From Acidobacteriota bacterium (GTDB lineage Bacteria > Acidobacteriota > UBA890 > WLXD01): a stretch of 64,000 bases of DNA. The notes under the pieces were generated by a model that was given only the letters and a program-made list of their open reading frames with translations, was not told the DNA's origin and did not search any database. The position numbers and the translations under genes are program-made. The stretch is from contig CAXWPL010000004.1 of NCBI GenBank assembly GCA_963666215.2, positions 1,000,106-1,064,105 of the forward strand, given 5' to 3'. Of this stretch, positions 21,895 to 32,266 are shown piece by piece. How positions within the stretch are numbered: the stretch's first letter is position 1; every line of letters starts with the position of its first letter.

Positions 21895-22628
21895 GCGAGC
21901 TTCATCCAGCGCTGCTCGTCTTCCTCTACGGCCTGGCCACCGCATTGGCAACCGGCCTCGGCGCGCTGCCCTTCGCCTTCGTCCAAAACATCTCGCCGCG
22001 GGTGGTCGCCTCGGCGAACGCCATCGCCTCAGGCCTCATGCTCGGCGCCTGCTTCGGCCTCGTCGCCGAAGGCACCAACCACGGCGCCTGGCAAACCATC
22101 GCCGGCGCCAACATCGGCGTCCTCTTCATCCTCGCCACCCAGCGCTTCCTGCACGGCCACGACGTCGAGTTCGGCGTAGCCCGCGGCGCCGGCGCCCGGC
22201 AAATGCTCCTGATGGTCGTCGTCATGACCGTGCACTCGTTCTCCGAAGGCGTAGCCGTAGGCGCCTCCTTCGGCGGCGGCATGAGCCTGGCGGCCATCAT
22301 CACCATCGCCATCGCCGTCCACAACGTCCCCGAGGGCCTCGCCATCAGCGCCGTCCTCCGCCCCCGCGGCGTCAGCGTTGCCGGCTGCGCCGGCTGGTCG
22401 ATCTTCTCGTCGCTGCCTCAGCCCATCATGGCGGTGCCGGCATTCTTATTCGTCGAGGCGTTCCGGCCGGCGCTTCCTTACGGCGTTGGGTTTGCCGCTG
22501 GGGCGATGGTTTTCCTTGTATTTGTTGAATTGCTCCCGGAAGCGTTCGAGCAAGGTCGCCGGCATACTGTCGCGTTGCTCGTCAGTCTGACGCTTGTCGG
22601 CATGGTGCTGTTCCAACAACTTCTCTAG
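21891..22628 (+). CDS. ZIP family divalent metal transporter
   Basis: GTGA overlap; ATGLGALP, HSFSEGVAVG, HNVPEGLA, FSSLPQP, FAAGAM, ELLPE. Confidence 0.92.
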   Translation: MSELHPALLVFLYGLATALATGLGALPFAFVQNISPRVVASANAIASGLMLGACFGLVAEGTNHGAWQTIAGANIGVLFILATQRFLHGHDVEFGVARGAGARQMLLMVVVMTVHSFSEGVAVGASFGGGMSLAAIITIAIAVHNVPEGLAISAVLRPRGVSVAGCAGWSIFSSLPQPIMAVPAFLFVEAFRPALPYGVGFAAGAMVFLVFVELLPEAFEQGRRHTVALLVSLTLVGMVLFQQLL

Positions 22629-22940
22629 TCGCGCGCCGATCATTCATCGAGGTCAAGCGCGCAAACGCTGCAAGGAACACCGTCTTTTGCTCGGCGCCTA
22701 TCGAGCGGGCTCCGCAGCGTTTGCACGGGCGCGCGAGTCTCGGCGATCGCCGCGTTAGCCAGACATACATGGGCGTCCGCGGCACTCTGGAGTTTGAGTC
22801 CGGCTGCGGTGGTGTAAGTGTCACCTCATTGGGCAGAGCCGCCATTCAGGTCAACAAAAGCTTTGCGGACAAGGGTCGCCGACTCGAGCATCCAGATCGC
22901 AGCAAGGAGGGCACGTACACTGCCGAAGGCGTCGCGGCTG

Positions 22941-23732
22941 CTACTCCTCGATCACTGCGCGGAACCTCTCCTCGGCCCTGTCGATGAAGCTGAGGTAGCC
23001 TTCCGGGTCGACAAACGGCTCGACCGGGTCCTCTGCTGCTTCGAGGCTTTCCTGAAACTTGCGCCAGCGGCCGAAATCTCTCGCATGCGGCGTGAGGCCA
23101 CAGATGTGGACGACGTGCAGCTCACGGTCGCCCTCGCGAAGGGGAATCGACCACGAGGTGCAGCCGGGCGTGTGGCCGGCCGTGACATGCGCCGTGAGCT
23201 CGGTCGGCCCGAGGCGGATCGTCGCGCCGTCCTCGAACCGGTGGTCGACGCGCGGGGCCGGGTACCTGACGATCGGCAGATACGAGATGAACCAGAAGGG
23301 CCCGAAGAAGGCACCGCCGGCGCCGCCGGCCGCGATGAAGTCGGCTGCCCGCCCGCTGACCCACAGCTCGGCGCCCGACGCCTCCTGCAGGGCCGCCAGT
23401 CCGCCCGCGTGATCGAAGTGCGAGTGCGAGTTGAGCAGCACCTTGACGTCGGCGATGTCGAAGCCGAGCTCGGCGATGCTCGCGATAATCATCGGGGCGG
23501 TTCCGGGATATCCGCCGTCGATCAAGACGTGGCCCTCGGGCCCGGTGAGCAGAAACGATGTGGCGTCGTTGGCGCCGACGTAGTACAGGTTGCCGGCGAT
23601 GCGGAACGGTTCGGCGTACTGCTGCCCGCCACGGTTTGTGACGTCTCGCCACTTGCCGTAGAGCACCACGGCGAGGACGGCCGCCACTCCCAGCAGGACA
23701 CGCAGCCAACGTCGTTCAGGGAGGAGTCGCAT
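22941..23732 (-). CDS. Subclass B3 metallo-beta-lactamase-like protein, probably with an internal deletion
   Basis: EPFRIAGNLYYVG, HSHFDHAGG (HxHxDH), TAGHTPGCTSW; segment before the last His looks short. Confidence 0.85.
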   Translation of the reverse strand: MRLLPERRWLRVLLGVAAVLAVVLYGKWRDVTNRGGQQYAEPFRIAGNLYYVGANDATSFLLTGPEGHVLIDGGYPGTAPMIIASIAELGFDIADVKVLLNSHSHFDHAGGLAALQEASGAELWVSGRAADFIAAGGAGGAFFGPFWFISYLPIVRYPAPRVDHRFEDGATIRLGPTELTAHVTAGHTPGCTSWSIPLREGDRELHVVHICGLTPHARDFGRWRKFQESLEAAEDPVEPFVDPEGYLSFIDRAEERFRAVIEE

Positions 23733-23742
23733 CTACTTGCCC

Positions 23743-26700
23743 TCAGCGCTCGAGCGTCACCTGTTCGACATTGTCATCCGTATCCAAGTCGACCAGCAGG
23801 TGGCGGGGATCGATGCCGGCCAGGGCGGGTCTGCTCGGCACGGTCACCGTGATCGTCTCCCGAGCGGAACGGATGTGGTGCCTCTGCAGGTAGAGCGGCT
23901 CGCCTGACTCCTCCCCCGGGTCTGCGGGGGCGAAGACCCCGATCTCCACCCAGTCGTCCATCGGCACGGGGGTCTCGACGCCCTCGGCGTCGACCACCAG
24001 CTTGCGCGCCCGCACGTCGAGCGTCACCTGCCAGGTACCTGCTTCGGTCTGCTCCGTCGTGGCCCGCTCAGTCTCGAGCTCCCAGAAGGTGTTGGCCTCG
24101 AAGAGGTCGTGCAGGAGGGTTTGGAGCGAGTCCGGCGTGACCGCCTGAAGCTCTCGATAGAGATCGAGCGAGGTCGCCCGGGGTGCCGCCGCGGAACTAT
24201 GCTCTTCGCGCAGGCGACGAAACGCCGCGTTGACCCGTTCCTCGCCGACGTACTCGCTGAGCGCGTAGAGCGCCAAGGGTCCCTTACGGTAGCTCAGGTA
24301 GGCGTTGTTGGAGCGGAGCAGGGGGACCGTCGCGCGTACCGGTGGGAACGGCGCCGGCTCACGCATCCAGCCCAGGAGTCGACGCAGATGATCGCGTCCG
24401 TAGCCTTCGCGTAGTGTGCCCATCGCGGCGTACCACGCGAAGCTCTCGGAAAGCAGCCCGGCTCCCGCGACACGCGTGTATGGGATTCCCCACCCGTGCC
24501 CTACCTCGTGGGCCACCGTCGCGAACACCAGATCGAACCCCCGCGAATCTTCATCGGGATTCAGTAGAGAAAACGCCTCTCCGTAGAAGATTGTGTCATC
24601 TTCCGCGTGCAGACCGAATGCGTGACCGGGACGCTCGATCAGGCGGATGTAGCCGCGCGCGCTCGGACCGAAGTGCGTGGTGTTGTAGTCAAGCGACGCC
24701 TGCACACTTCGGACCATGCGATCCAGGTTCGCGGTGTGTCCCGGGTGGTGGAAGATCTGGATCGCGACATCGTTCCACTGTGCTTCGTGCACCGCGTAAT
24801 TGGAGGAAGAGAACGCGTACTCGTTGCCGATGGGGGCATCCGTTGAATACTGGAAGTAGCGGCGCCCGCCTTCGGTCCAGGTCCGGCGCAGCGTCCCGGG
24901 CGCAACGGCAACCTGGTCCTCGTCCGTGCCGACGACCGCTTCGAAGGCGATCCGCTCGGGGCCGGTCGTCGGTTGCTGCGCTTCCACATCGTACGGAGAG
25001 AGCAGCTCGGGACGCGGCTCGAGCCCGTGAGCCCTGCGGACGTTGTTGTTGCTGATCTCGCGAGTTCGCTGATAGCCGATGGCGGGCAACCAAGCCTGAT
25101 TCGTGAAGAACGTGCTGTTCGCTGTCACGGGAGTATCGACGGAGTGGTTGGAGAACTCCCGCAGGGCGACCTCCACAACGAAGCTGACCCGCAGGGAGTC
25201 GCCGGGCTCGAGCTGCTCCTCCAGGGCATAGATTCGGTGGCCCATCTGCTCGTCCGCGAACGCCAGCTCGGCCGGTCGATCGAACACTACCCCTGCGGTA
25301 TCGACGTCCGGAACGGTGGCCAGGTGGACGGAGTCGATCGCCTCCATGCTGCTGTTCACCAGGCCGTAGGTGCCGCGGATCTGCACCTCCTGCCGCGCGG
25401 GATAGATCTCGACGCGCAGGTCGGTCTCCGTCAGTCGCGGCTGCGGGACACCCTGGTACTGGCCTAGGCGTCGCTCGTACTCGGCGCGATGCTCGGGTGT
25501 GTCGGATGCGGTGGAGGGCTCATTGAGCACATTCGTGTTGTAGAAGATGAAACCGCCCGACGTAAGAATGAGCACCACCACCACCGCGGCAGTCGCCGCC
25601 GTCGGACCCGTGAAGCGACGGCGCGCGATTCGAAGCCGCTCGCCGAGGCCCCCGTCCTGCCCCCGCACCCAGAGCAGCCTCGCCGCTATCGCGAGCAGCA
25701 GCACCCACGCGATCCAATAGAGCTTGAGCCACAGCCAAGGCCCGAGGGACGGGCCGAAGCCGAGCATGTCGGTGTAGGACCACCCCGGATCGAATATAGG
25801 AACGAGGAGGGCGTGCCCGAGCTCACTCGCGTAGGCGATCATCATGAAGAAGAGCGATAGGAGCGCGACCAATTGACCGACCGGCTTCTGATTCACCACT
25901 ACCTGCATCGCGAGGGCGAACAAGGAAAGTTGGACGTAGTCGGCAAGCTGAAGCCCGAATAGCACCTGCAGGTACAACCCGATCTCGATATCGGGAGAGC
26001 CGTTCATCACCTGAACGAAGATCCCGATCGCCATGAAGAGCGCCATGAAGGCAACGGGCAGAAGACTCAGGCCCAGAAACTTGCCCAGGAAGACCACCCA
26101 TTCGGGCACAGGCATCGCGTCGGCGATTTCGCTCAAACCCGCTTCCCGCTCCCGCCACAACAGCTCGCCGGCCCAGAAGACGATGAGCAACGGAATCAGA
26201 ATCCAGGGGAACGGCCCGGCCTGTGGGGTGATCAGCGCGACCAGGACATGCTCGGATCTCAGGAGCAGCGGAACGCGCATGAACCCGTCGAGCACCATCA
26301 CGAAGCCCAGCAGCGTGATGGCCGCGGCAAAAATGAGCCCGCTCCAACTCGTAGCGATCGTCCGGAACGCCGGCCACGCGATGGCGAGCGCCTGCCGCAT
26401 CCGGGTCACCAAGCCGAACGTCGGTGGGACATGCGGGACCCCAGTGGCCCCCGTGGAAGAACTCGGGGTGCTGATCGCGATCCCCGTTCCCGCGGGCGCC
26501 GTTGCGTGGGCATCGCCGCGTCGCGCAATGCGACGCCACCAGGAGCTCGCCGTCGGGTGATGGAATCGAAACCGGTAGTGGGTGAAGGCGAGCAGCCCCA
26601 CGGCGACGCCGACCCACAGGAGACGGTTCGCGAGAGGCCCGCTCTCCATCGCGATCAGGCGCGTATTCAACTCGATCTGGGTCCATCCCACCGTCAGGTC

Positions 26701-27348
26701 GTCGCGCGTGATGGCGATGACGCCGAGCGGATCCAGCAGCTGCCTGAGGTCCCGGCTCAGAGAACGCGCCATTCCCACCACCTGCATTCCGACGAGCAGG
26801 AGTATGCCGGCGAGGTAGCTCGTAATGGCGCGACGGCTGAGTGCCGAGAACGAGAACTGGACCGCCGTGACGACGAACGCGATCGGCACCGCGATGAAGC
26901 CGTACGCGGTGAGGTAGGCCATCGGCAGGAACGGACCGCGGATCTCGGCCTCCGCCTCAGGCCCGTACACGCCCAGCAAGGTGCCTAGCGGCACGGCGAT
27001 CAGGATCAGAGCATTGAGGACAAAGGCAGCGAGGAACCGTCCGCCCAGATACTCGCCTTTGCTGACGGGAGCGGTGTAGGTGAGGGCATCCATCCTTGTC
27101 GCCACGTCACGCGCGGCCGCGTTGCCGGCGATGGCGGCCGCTACCACAAGCCAAGCCAGGCAGCCCATGATCGTGACGCTCGCGACGACGAACGGCGCTC
27201 CGACGAAGTACTCCCCGTTCCGCGCGGACGCGAGCTCGCCGGGTATCTGCACGAAAGCGAAGAAGACCAGCGCTGCGAAGTAGAGCCAGGTGGAGACACG
27301 GCGCAGTTGATAGCCGAGCTCGAAGCGAAAGACTCCGAGCAACTTCAT
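23743..27348 (-). CDS. ABC-2 permease fused to an M1-family aminopeptidase domain
   Basis: Two TM blocks (YLGGRFL, FLGKFL), GGFIFYNTNVLN, HEVGH...LSES, YRKG, AGIDP. Confidence 0.9.
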   Translation of the reverse strand: MKLLGVFRFELGYQLRRVSTWLYFAALVFFAFVQIPGELASARNGEYFVGAPFVVASVTIMGCLAWLVVAAAIAGNAAARDVATRMDALTYTAPVSKGEYLGGRFLAAFVLNALILIAVPLGTLLGVYGPEAEAEIRGPFLPMAYLTAYGFIAVPIAFVVTAVQFSFSALSRRAITSYLAGILLLVGMQVVGMARSLSRDLRQLLDPLGVIAITRDDLTVGWTQIELNTRLIAMESGPLANRLLWVGVAVGLLAFTHYRFRFHHPTASSWWRRIARRGDAHATAPAGTGIAISTPSSSTGATGVPHVPPTFGLVTRMRQALAIAWPAFRTIATSWSGLIFAAAITLLGFVMVLDGFMRVPLLLRSEHVLVALITPQAGPFPWILIPLLIVFWAGELLWREREAGLSEIADAMPVPEWVVFLGKFLGLSLLPVAFMALFMAIGIFVQVMNGSPDIEIGLYLQVLFGLQLADYVQLSLFALAMQVVVNQKPVGQLVALLSLFFMMIAYASELGHALLVPIFDPGWSYTDMLGFGPSLGPWLWLKLYWIAWVLLLAIAARLLWVRGQDGGLGERLRIARRRFTGPTAATAAVVVVLILTSGGFIFYNTNVLNEPSTASDTPEHRAEYERRLGQYQGVPQPRLTETDLRVEIYPARQEVQIRGTYGLVNSSMEAIDSVHLATVPDVDTAGVVFDRPAELAFADEQMGHRIYALEEQLEPGDSLRVSFVVEVALREFSNHSVDTPVTANSTFFTNQAWLPAIGYQRTREISNNNVRRAHGLEPRPELLSPYDVEAQQPTTGPERIAFEAVVGTDEDQVAVAPGTLRRTWTEGGRRYFQYSTDAPIGNEYAFSSSNYAVHEAQWNDVAIQIFHHPGHTANLDRMVRSVQASLDYNTTHFGPSARGYIRLIERPGHAFGLHAEDDTIFYGEAFSLLNPDEDSRGFDLVFATVAHEVGHGWGIPYTRVAGAGLLSESFAWYAAMGTLREGYGRDHLRRLLGWMREPAPFPPVRATVPLLRSNNAYLSYRKGPLALYALSEYVGEERVNAAFRRLREEHSSAAAPRATSLDLYRELQAVTPDSLQTLLHDLFEANTFWELETERATTEQTEAGTWQVTLDVRARKLVVDAEGVETPVPMDDWVEIGVFAPADPGEESGEPLYLQRHHIRSARETITVTVPSRPALAGIDPRHLLVDLDTDDNVEQVTLER

Positions 27349-28280
27349 GGCGCGGCGACCGGCTCCGGCCGATCTGTCTTCGTAGTTGCGCCGTTGGCGC
27401 GGCGCCGGTCGATCCGACCTGTCATCGCGCTGAAATAGACGTCCTTCAGGCCCGCCTCGACGGGATCGAAGCCGGGGCCGGGAGCCGCGTCGGCGTAGAC
27501 GTGCACGACGGGGCGCCCAGCGAGGAGCCTTGTCGAGATCACCGCGTGCTCCCGCTCCAGCCTGGGCAGCTCTTCCTTGGCAACCACGCAGCGCCAGATC
27601 CGGCCCCGGAGATCGTCAACCGCGCGCAGCGGTTCGGCCTCGAGCAGGATCTCTCCCCGGTCGATGATCGCCATCCGGGTGCACAGCTCGCTGACATCCT
27701 CGACGATGTGCGTGGAAAGGAAGACGACGCTGTTCTCGCCGAGCTCGCTGAGCAGGTTCAGAAATCGCACGCGCTCGGCCGGGTCGAGGCCGGCCGTCGG
27801 CTCGTCCACGATCATCAGCTTCGGATTGCCCAGGAGCGCCACGGCGACGCCGAAGCGCTGCTTCATGCCGCCCGAGTAGCCACCCAGCTTCTGCTTGCGC
27901 ACCTCCCACAGGTTCGTCTGCCGGAGGAGCGCCTCTACGACCTCCTTGCGCGCCCGACGCTCGGCAATGCCCTTGAGTATTGCGAAGTGATCGAGCAGGT
28001 GCTCCGCACTCACCTTCGGATAGACGCCGAACTCCTGCGGCAGGTAGCCGAGCATCTTGCGTACTTCATCCTTCTGGTTCAGCACGTCAACATCACCAAG
28101 GCGGACGCTGCCCTCATCCGGTTCTTGCAGCGTCGCCAGGATGCGCATCAGCGTAGACTTACCCGCACCGTTAGGGCCCAGCAGGCCGTACATTCCCACC
28201 GGAATCGTGAGCGTCACGTCCTTCAGCGCCTGCACCCCGTTCGAATAGATCTTGGATACGCCTCGGATGTCCAACTCCAT
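27345..28280 (-). CDS. ABC transporter ATP-binding protein
   Basis: GPNGAGKST, YSGGMKQR, IVDEPTAGLDP, STH. Confidence 0.97.
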   Translation of the reverse strand: MELDIRGVSKIYSNGVQALKDVTLTIPVGMYGLLGPNGAGKSTLMRILATLQEPDEGSVRLGDVDVLNQKDEVRKMLGYLPQEFGVYPKVSAEHLLDHFAILKGIAERRARKEVVEALLRQTNLWEVRKQKLGGYSGGMKQRFGVAVALLGNPKLMIVDEPTAGLDPAERVRFLNLLSELGENSVVFLSTHIVEDVSELCTRMAIIDRGEILLEAEPLRAVDDLRGRIWRCVVAKEELPRLEREHAVISTRLLAGRPVVHVYADAAPGPGFDPVEAGLKDVYFSAMTGRIDRRRANGATTKTDRPEPVAAP

Positions 28281-28361
28281 AGCTGTCTCCCGTTAGGCGC
28301 ACGATGCCCGGTCGCCCACGATCTTCCCGGCACGGCTACCTTCTGAAGTTTGCTATGACAT

Positions 28362-28382
28362 GTACTTTACTCGACAAAGTAC
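28362..28382. promoter_or_regulatory. Perfect palindromic operator candidate GTACTTT-N7-AAAGTAC
   Basis: 7-bp perfect arms in the divergent intergenic region between the ABC operon and the phosphotransferase. Confidence 0.65.
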
Positions 28383-28422
28383 TGAGATACGTCATGGGCG
28401 TCAACCGACTCCCCGCCCCAGC

Positions 28423-29319
28423 ATGACGGCTTACAGCGAAGGAGACCTGACGGCAGGGAGGGCGAAGGCCATCATCTCCGCTAGCTTCCCCCAGTTTCGA
28501 GGAATGCGCGTGGAACGGCTGGGTGAAGGCCGTGATTTTCGGGTCTTCGAGGTGGAAGAAGAATTGCTGTTCCGCTTTCCCAAACGCGAGAAGGGTGCGC
28601 TCAGGCTGAGCATGGAATGCAAGCTCCTCCGTGATCTATGGGAGCGCTTGTCGTTGCCTGTTCCCAGATATGAGTATTTCGGAGTGTCGCCGGAGCGATC
28701 GGGCTGGCCATTTGCCGGATATAAGAAGATCCCGGGTATCCCCGGTGATGTTGCCGAGGCAATCAATCGGCAATCGGCTGCGCGACAGCTAGGAACTTTC
28801 CTGGGCGAGCTCCACGCCTATCCGGTTGACAAAGCCAAGGAGGCAGGCGTACCGAAAGAGATTGACCTCGTGGCGCGGTGGCGCGATGAGTCGCTCAATG
28901 AGCTTGATAGGGTCGCCGACCTGGAAATCAACCTGCCCGACCTGCGCAACTATCTCGAGAACCACGTTCCGCCGCCATTTGACGGCGTCCCAAGGCTCCT
29001 TCACAGGGACTTCTTGGCGGAGCACGTTCTAATTGATCGTCGCACAGGTGATGTGAGCGGGATTATTGATTGGGCGGATGCCGTTATTGGTGATCCCGCT
29101 GTTGACTTCGCCGGTCTATATAGCTGGCACGGAGAGCGCTGGCTGAAGGATGTTCTGACCTGTTACCCTGAACCAGTCGACTCAGAGACCATTTCGAGGG
29201 CGCGCTATCTGGCGGCTTGCTTCGCAATCCACAACATCATCCTCGGTCGAGCTCTTGGTCACGCCCGATGGGTCAAGGCTGCGCATGCGGCTCTGGAGTG
29301 GGTCTTCGCGGCCAAATAA
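28423..29319 (+). CDS. Aminoglycoside phosphotransferase (APH)/choline kinase-like family protein
   Basis: LGEG, LFRFP, LLHRDF...HVL, GIIDWAD...GDPAVD. Confidence 0.88.
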   Translation: MTAYSEGDLTAGRAKAIISASFPQFRGMRVERLGEGRDFRVFEVEEELLFRFPKREKGALRLSMECKLLRDLWERLSLPVPRYEYFGVSPERSGWPFAGYKKIPGIPGDVAEAINRQSAARQLGTFLGELHAYPVDKAKEAGVPKEIDLVARWRDESLNELDRVADLEINLPDLRNYLENHVPPPFDGVPRLLHRDFLAEHVLIDRRTGDVSGIIDWADAVIGDPAVDFAGLYSWHGERWLKDVLTCYPEPVDSETISRARYLAACFAIHNIILGRALGHARWVKAAHAALEWVFAAK

Positions 29320-29399
29320 CGGGGAAAGAGCCATTCCCTTTCGGACCAAGCACAAGCGCAAACGTGTATCTTCGCTCCCTTTGGCTCCGTCTACCGGTA

Positions 29400-29620
29400 T
29401 TCTTCGCAGCTCCTTCATGAATCCCGTCTACGCTCCAAACATCGTGGCCGGGACGGCAGCGCTGGTTACGATGATTGTGCTCGTTACGTTTCGACTGCGT
29501 GCCGAGGAACGCATGATGGTTGAAGAGTTCGGTGATGAATACGAGGCATACCGCAAGCGAACCAACCGATTCATTCCCGGAACCAAACCAAAGCCCGAGT
29601 CGACCGAGCTAATCTCATGA
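29400..29620 (+). pseudogene. C-terminal fragment of an isoprenylcysteine carboxylmethyltransferase-like protein
   Basis: RAEERMMVEEFGDEYEAYRKRTNRFIP C-terminal motif with no N-terminal part; left boundary approximate. Confidence 0.7.
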
Positions 29621-29979
29621 CTCTTCACCGTGTCCGCCTAGTCGCGTGTCTCGAGGATGTGATGTTTCGGACGCCCCCAGCTGCCCGAGGCGTAGTGCCT
29701 CTCTCGTTCGATGGAGTGCGCGGCCGTAGGACTCCGCTGCCCACGCCGTTCACGAACTTGGTCGGTGTCGCGGGCCCGAACGCGGAAGTGCCCGACGAAT
29801 CGATTACGGCTGTATTCAACGAGTTCAGCGGTCGTGAGGTGCCGTTCGGTTGGCTTCTCGGGCCCAATTCGCCGAACGATCTGGCCGGGAGACTCGAGCA
29901 GCGAGGCATGGTGCAAGTCGAAGAGTTCGCCGGCCTGGCGCTCACTGATCTCGAGCGCGATATCCGGGCGTCAGAGCAC
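29617..29979 (+). pseudogene. N-terminal fragment of a probable GNAT-type protein
   Basis: PFTNLV...PFGWLLGPNSPNDLAGRLEQRG pattern; reads through into the antisense of the next gene. Confidence 0.5.
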
Positions 29980-31175
29980 GGCATGGCGAGGGTGCTCAGG
30001 AACCGGCCGTCGTCGCCAAAGACATCCACGAGGGTCAACTCATCCCAGCAGGGTCGACCGAAAAACTCGTCGGCGGTCTCGGCCTCGAGGTCGCAGTTTT
30101 GGAGTCGCCGTCCGGGACCGGGTCGCCTCACCCAAATCGCTCCCGACATGGCCGGCACGAAGGCGCTGAACGCTGGCTTGGTTGACGGGATATCGTCGCC
30201 GGTCCAGGTCCAGTCGGACACCATGTCGCGAAATTCCGCGGTTTGGGCGCGGCGCCACCAGTCGCTTTCGTCGGCCTCCACCGCCACCGGATCGACGCGC
30301 CGCTCTACCCGCACCGAGCTGCCGTCGGGGTTGTCGATCTGAAAACGGTAGGAGCTCGACAGGCCGGCGATCATCGCGCCGGAAGGCGACATCGCCCACA
30401 CAACGCGGGGCGCGAACCTCACGTCGGCAGCCATCATCCCGGCCTCCGAGCGGGCTTCGAGGATCCGCGGCTCGAAGTCGAAATCGGACGGCATCATGAG
30501 GTCGTCATAGAAGCCGTCGTCGCTCACCGCCCGCATCCCCGAGAGAAAGTCGTCGGTACCCTCTTCAGGCTCCTGGAAATCGCGGGTGTAGAGAACACCG
30601 TCGCGCGTCAGCACCAGTGGGTCGCTGCTGAAAAAGCCCGATCGCGTCGGGTAGATGCCTAGCGGTTCGCCCGCCTCATCGAAGATCACGATCCGTCCGT
30701 TGCGCGGATCGCGTACGTGCACGCGGCCTTCCGGCGAGATCGCGATGGCGTTCGGACCTTCGAATTCGCCAGGTCCCTGGCCGGCACCGCCGATGTCGGC
30801 GACGTGCTCGCCCTGCCAGTCGTACACCCGCACCACCGGAACCTGCGAGTCCACGACGTAGATCCGCTCGTTATGCGCGGCAATGCCTCGAACGCCGCCG
30901 AGCATGTAGGGCTCGGCGCCCTCGGCGACACCGATCGATGCCCGTTCAACCAGTGCGGCTCCTTCACCCCAAACAGACGCAGAGAGGTTCGCAACGCGTG
31001 TCACGTTGCCTTCCGTGACCACGTCACCCACCCAGCGTTCGCTGTCAGGAGTGTCTTCGCTGCCGCCGCAACCAGCGAGCGCTAGGGCGCAGCCGAGCAC
31101 CGTAGTAGTCGAGAAAGTAGTGGCGCGACGAGAGCTCCACTCTGATTCAAGGCGTGCCGGGTGTTGTCGGGGCAT
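29979..31175 (-). pseudogene. 6-bladed beta-propeller lipoprotein, C-terminally truncated
   Basis: Lipobox LAGC; IGGAGQGPGEFEGP; VDVFGDDGRFL then an abrupt switch into antisense of the GNAT fragment. Confidence 0.75.
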
Positions 31176-31360
31176 GGGCGTTCCTTGTCCGCAATGGGGA
31201 GCGGTCTCGGGCCACGGCCAACTAACACTCAGGGCGTGGCGATCGTCAAGCAACGGCGGTGAAAGTGACCGCAAAATAGGCGCAAGAATCGGGTCGTGGA
31301 TTCTCCGGGTCGCCAATACGGTAGCCTCAACATCCTCGAAATAGACCCAGGAGAGAATCC

Positions 31361-32266
31361 GTGCAGGAACGTCCCGCCAGCAGCTACGATTACCGCCGTA
31401 TCGAGTCGGCGATCCGTTACCTCGAAGATCACCACGACCAACAGCCGTCGCTCGACGAGGTGGCCGAGCATGTGGGTCTGAGCAAGTACCACTTCCAGCG
31501 CACCTTCAGGCGTTGGGCGGGCGTGTCGCCCAAGCGGTTCCTTCAGTATCTCACGGTCGAGCACGCCAAGGACCTGCTCGATGGCTCGGCGAGCGTGCTC
31601 GAAACAGCTTTCGAGACGGGGCTATCAGGGCCGGGTCGGCTGCACGATCTGTTCGTTAGCACCGAGGCGGTGACACCAGGTAACTACAAGCGTCGAGGCG
31701 AAGGTCTGACGGTGCGCTACGGGGTGCACGAGTCGCCGTTCGGCGACTGTGTGCTCGCCACCACTGAGCGCGGACTGTGCAACTTGCGGTTTGTCGACCA
31801 GCCGGAAGGGGACCTTGCGGCTGAGCTCGAGGCCAGCTGGCCGGCGGCGCGGATTGAGCACGACAGCGAGGGAACGGCCGAGCTCGTGGAACAGATCTTC
31901 GAGCGATCCGACGGTGCACCCGGGATGAGCTTGTTCCTGGCCGGAACGAACTTCCAGATCAAGGTCTGGAAGGCGCTCTTGCGGATTCCCGAGGACCGAG
32001 CCGTGAGCTACGGCGATGTGGCGCGGGCCATCGACAACCCCGGGGCGGTGCGAGCCGTGGGCGGCGCGGTTGGCGACAACCCGATTGCGTACTTGATTCC
32101 TTGCCATCGTGTTCTCCGTGCCAACGCTCGGCTCGGCGGCTACCGCTGGGGGACCACCCGCAAGCTGGCGATTCTCGGCTGGGAGGCAGGGATGCGTGAG
32201 CGTGCCGGGCAACCGACTGCGGCGGTGCGAGCTCAGCAGCTGAGCTTCGGGGTGGGCGTGGCCTGA
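31361..32266 (+). CDS. Bifunctional AraC HTH / methylated-DNA-protein-cysteine methyltransferase (Ada/Ogt-like)
   Basis: QPSLDEVA...HFQRTFRRWAGVSPK; GTNFQIKVWKALLRIP; NPIAYLIPCHRV active site. Confidence 0.93.
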   Translation: MQERPASSYDYRRIESAIRYLEDHHDQQPSLDEVAEHVGLSKYHFQRTFRRWAGVSPKRFLQYLTVEHAKDLLDGSASVLETAFETGLSGPGRLHDLFVSTEAVTPGNYKRRGEGLTVRYGVHESPFGDCVLATTERGLCNLRFVDQPEGDLAAELEASWPAARIEHDSEGTAELVEQIFERSDGAPGMSLFLAGTNFQIKVWKALLRIPEDRAVSYGDVARAIDNPGAVRAVGGAVGDNPIAYLIPCHRVLRANARLGGYRWGTTRKLAILGWEAGMRERAGQPTAAVRAQQLSFGVGVA

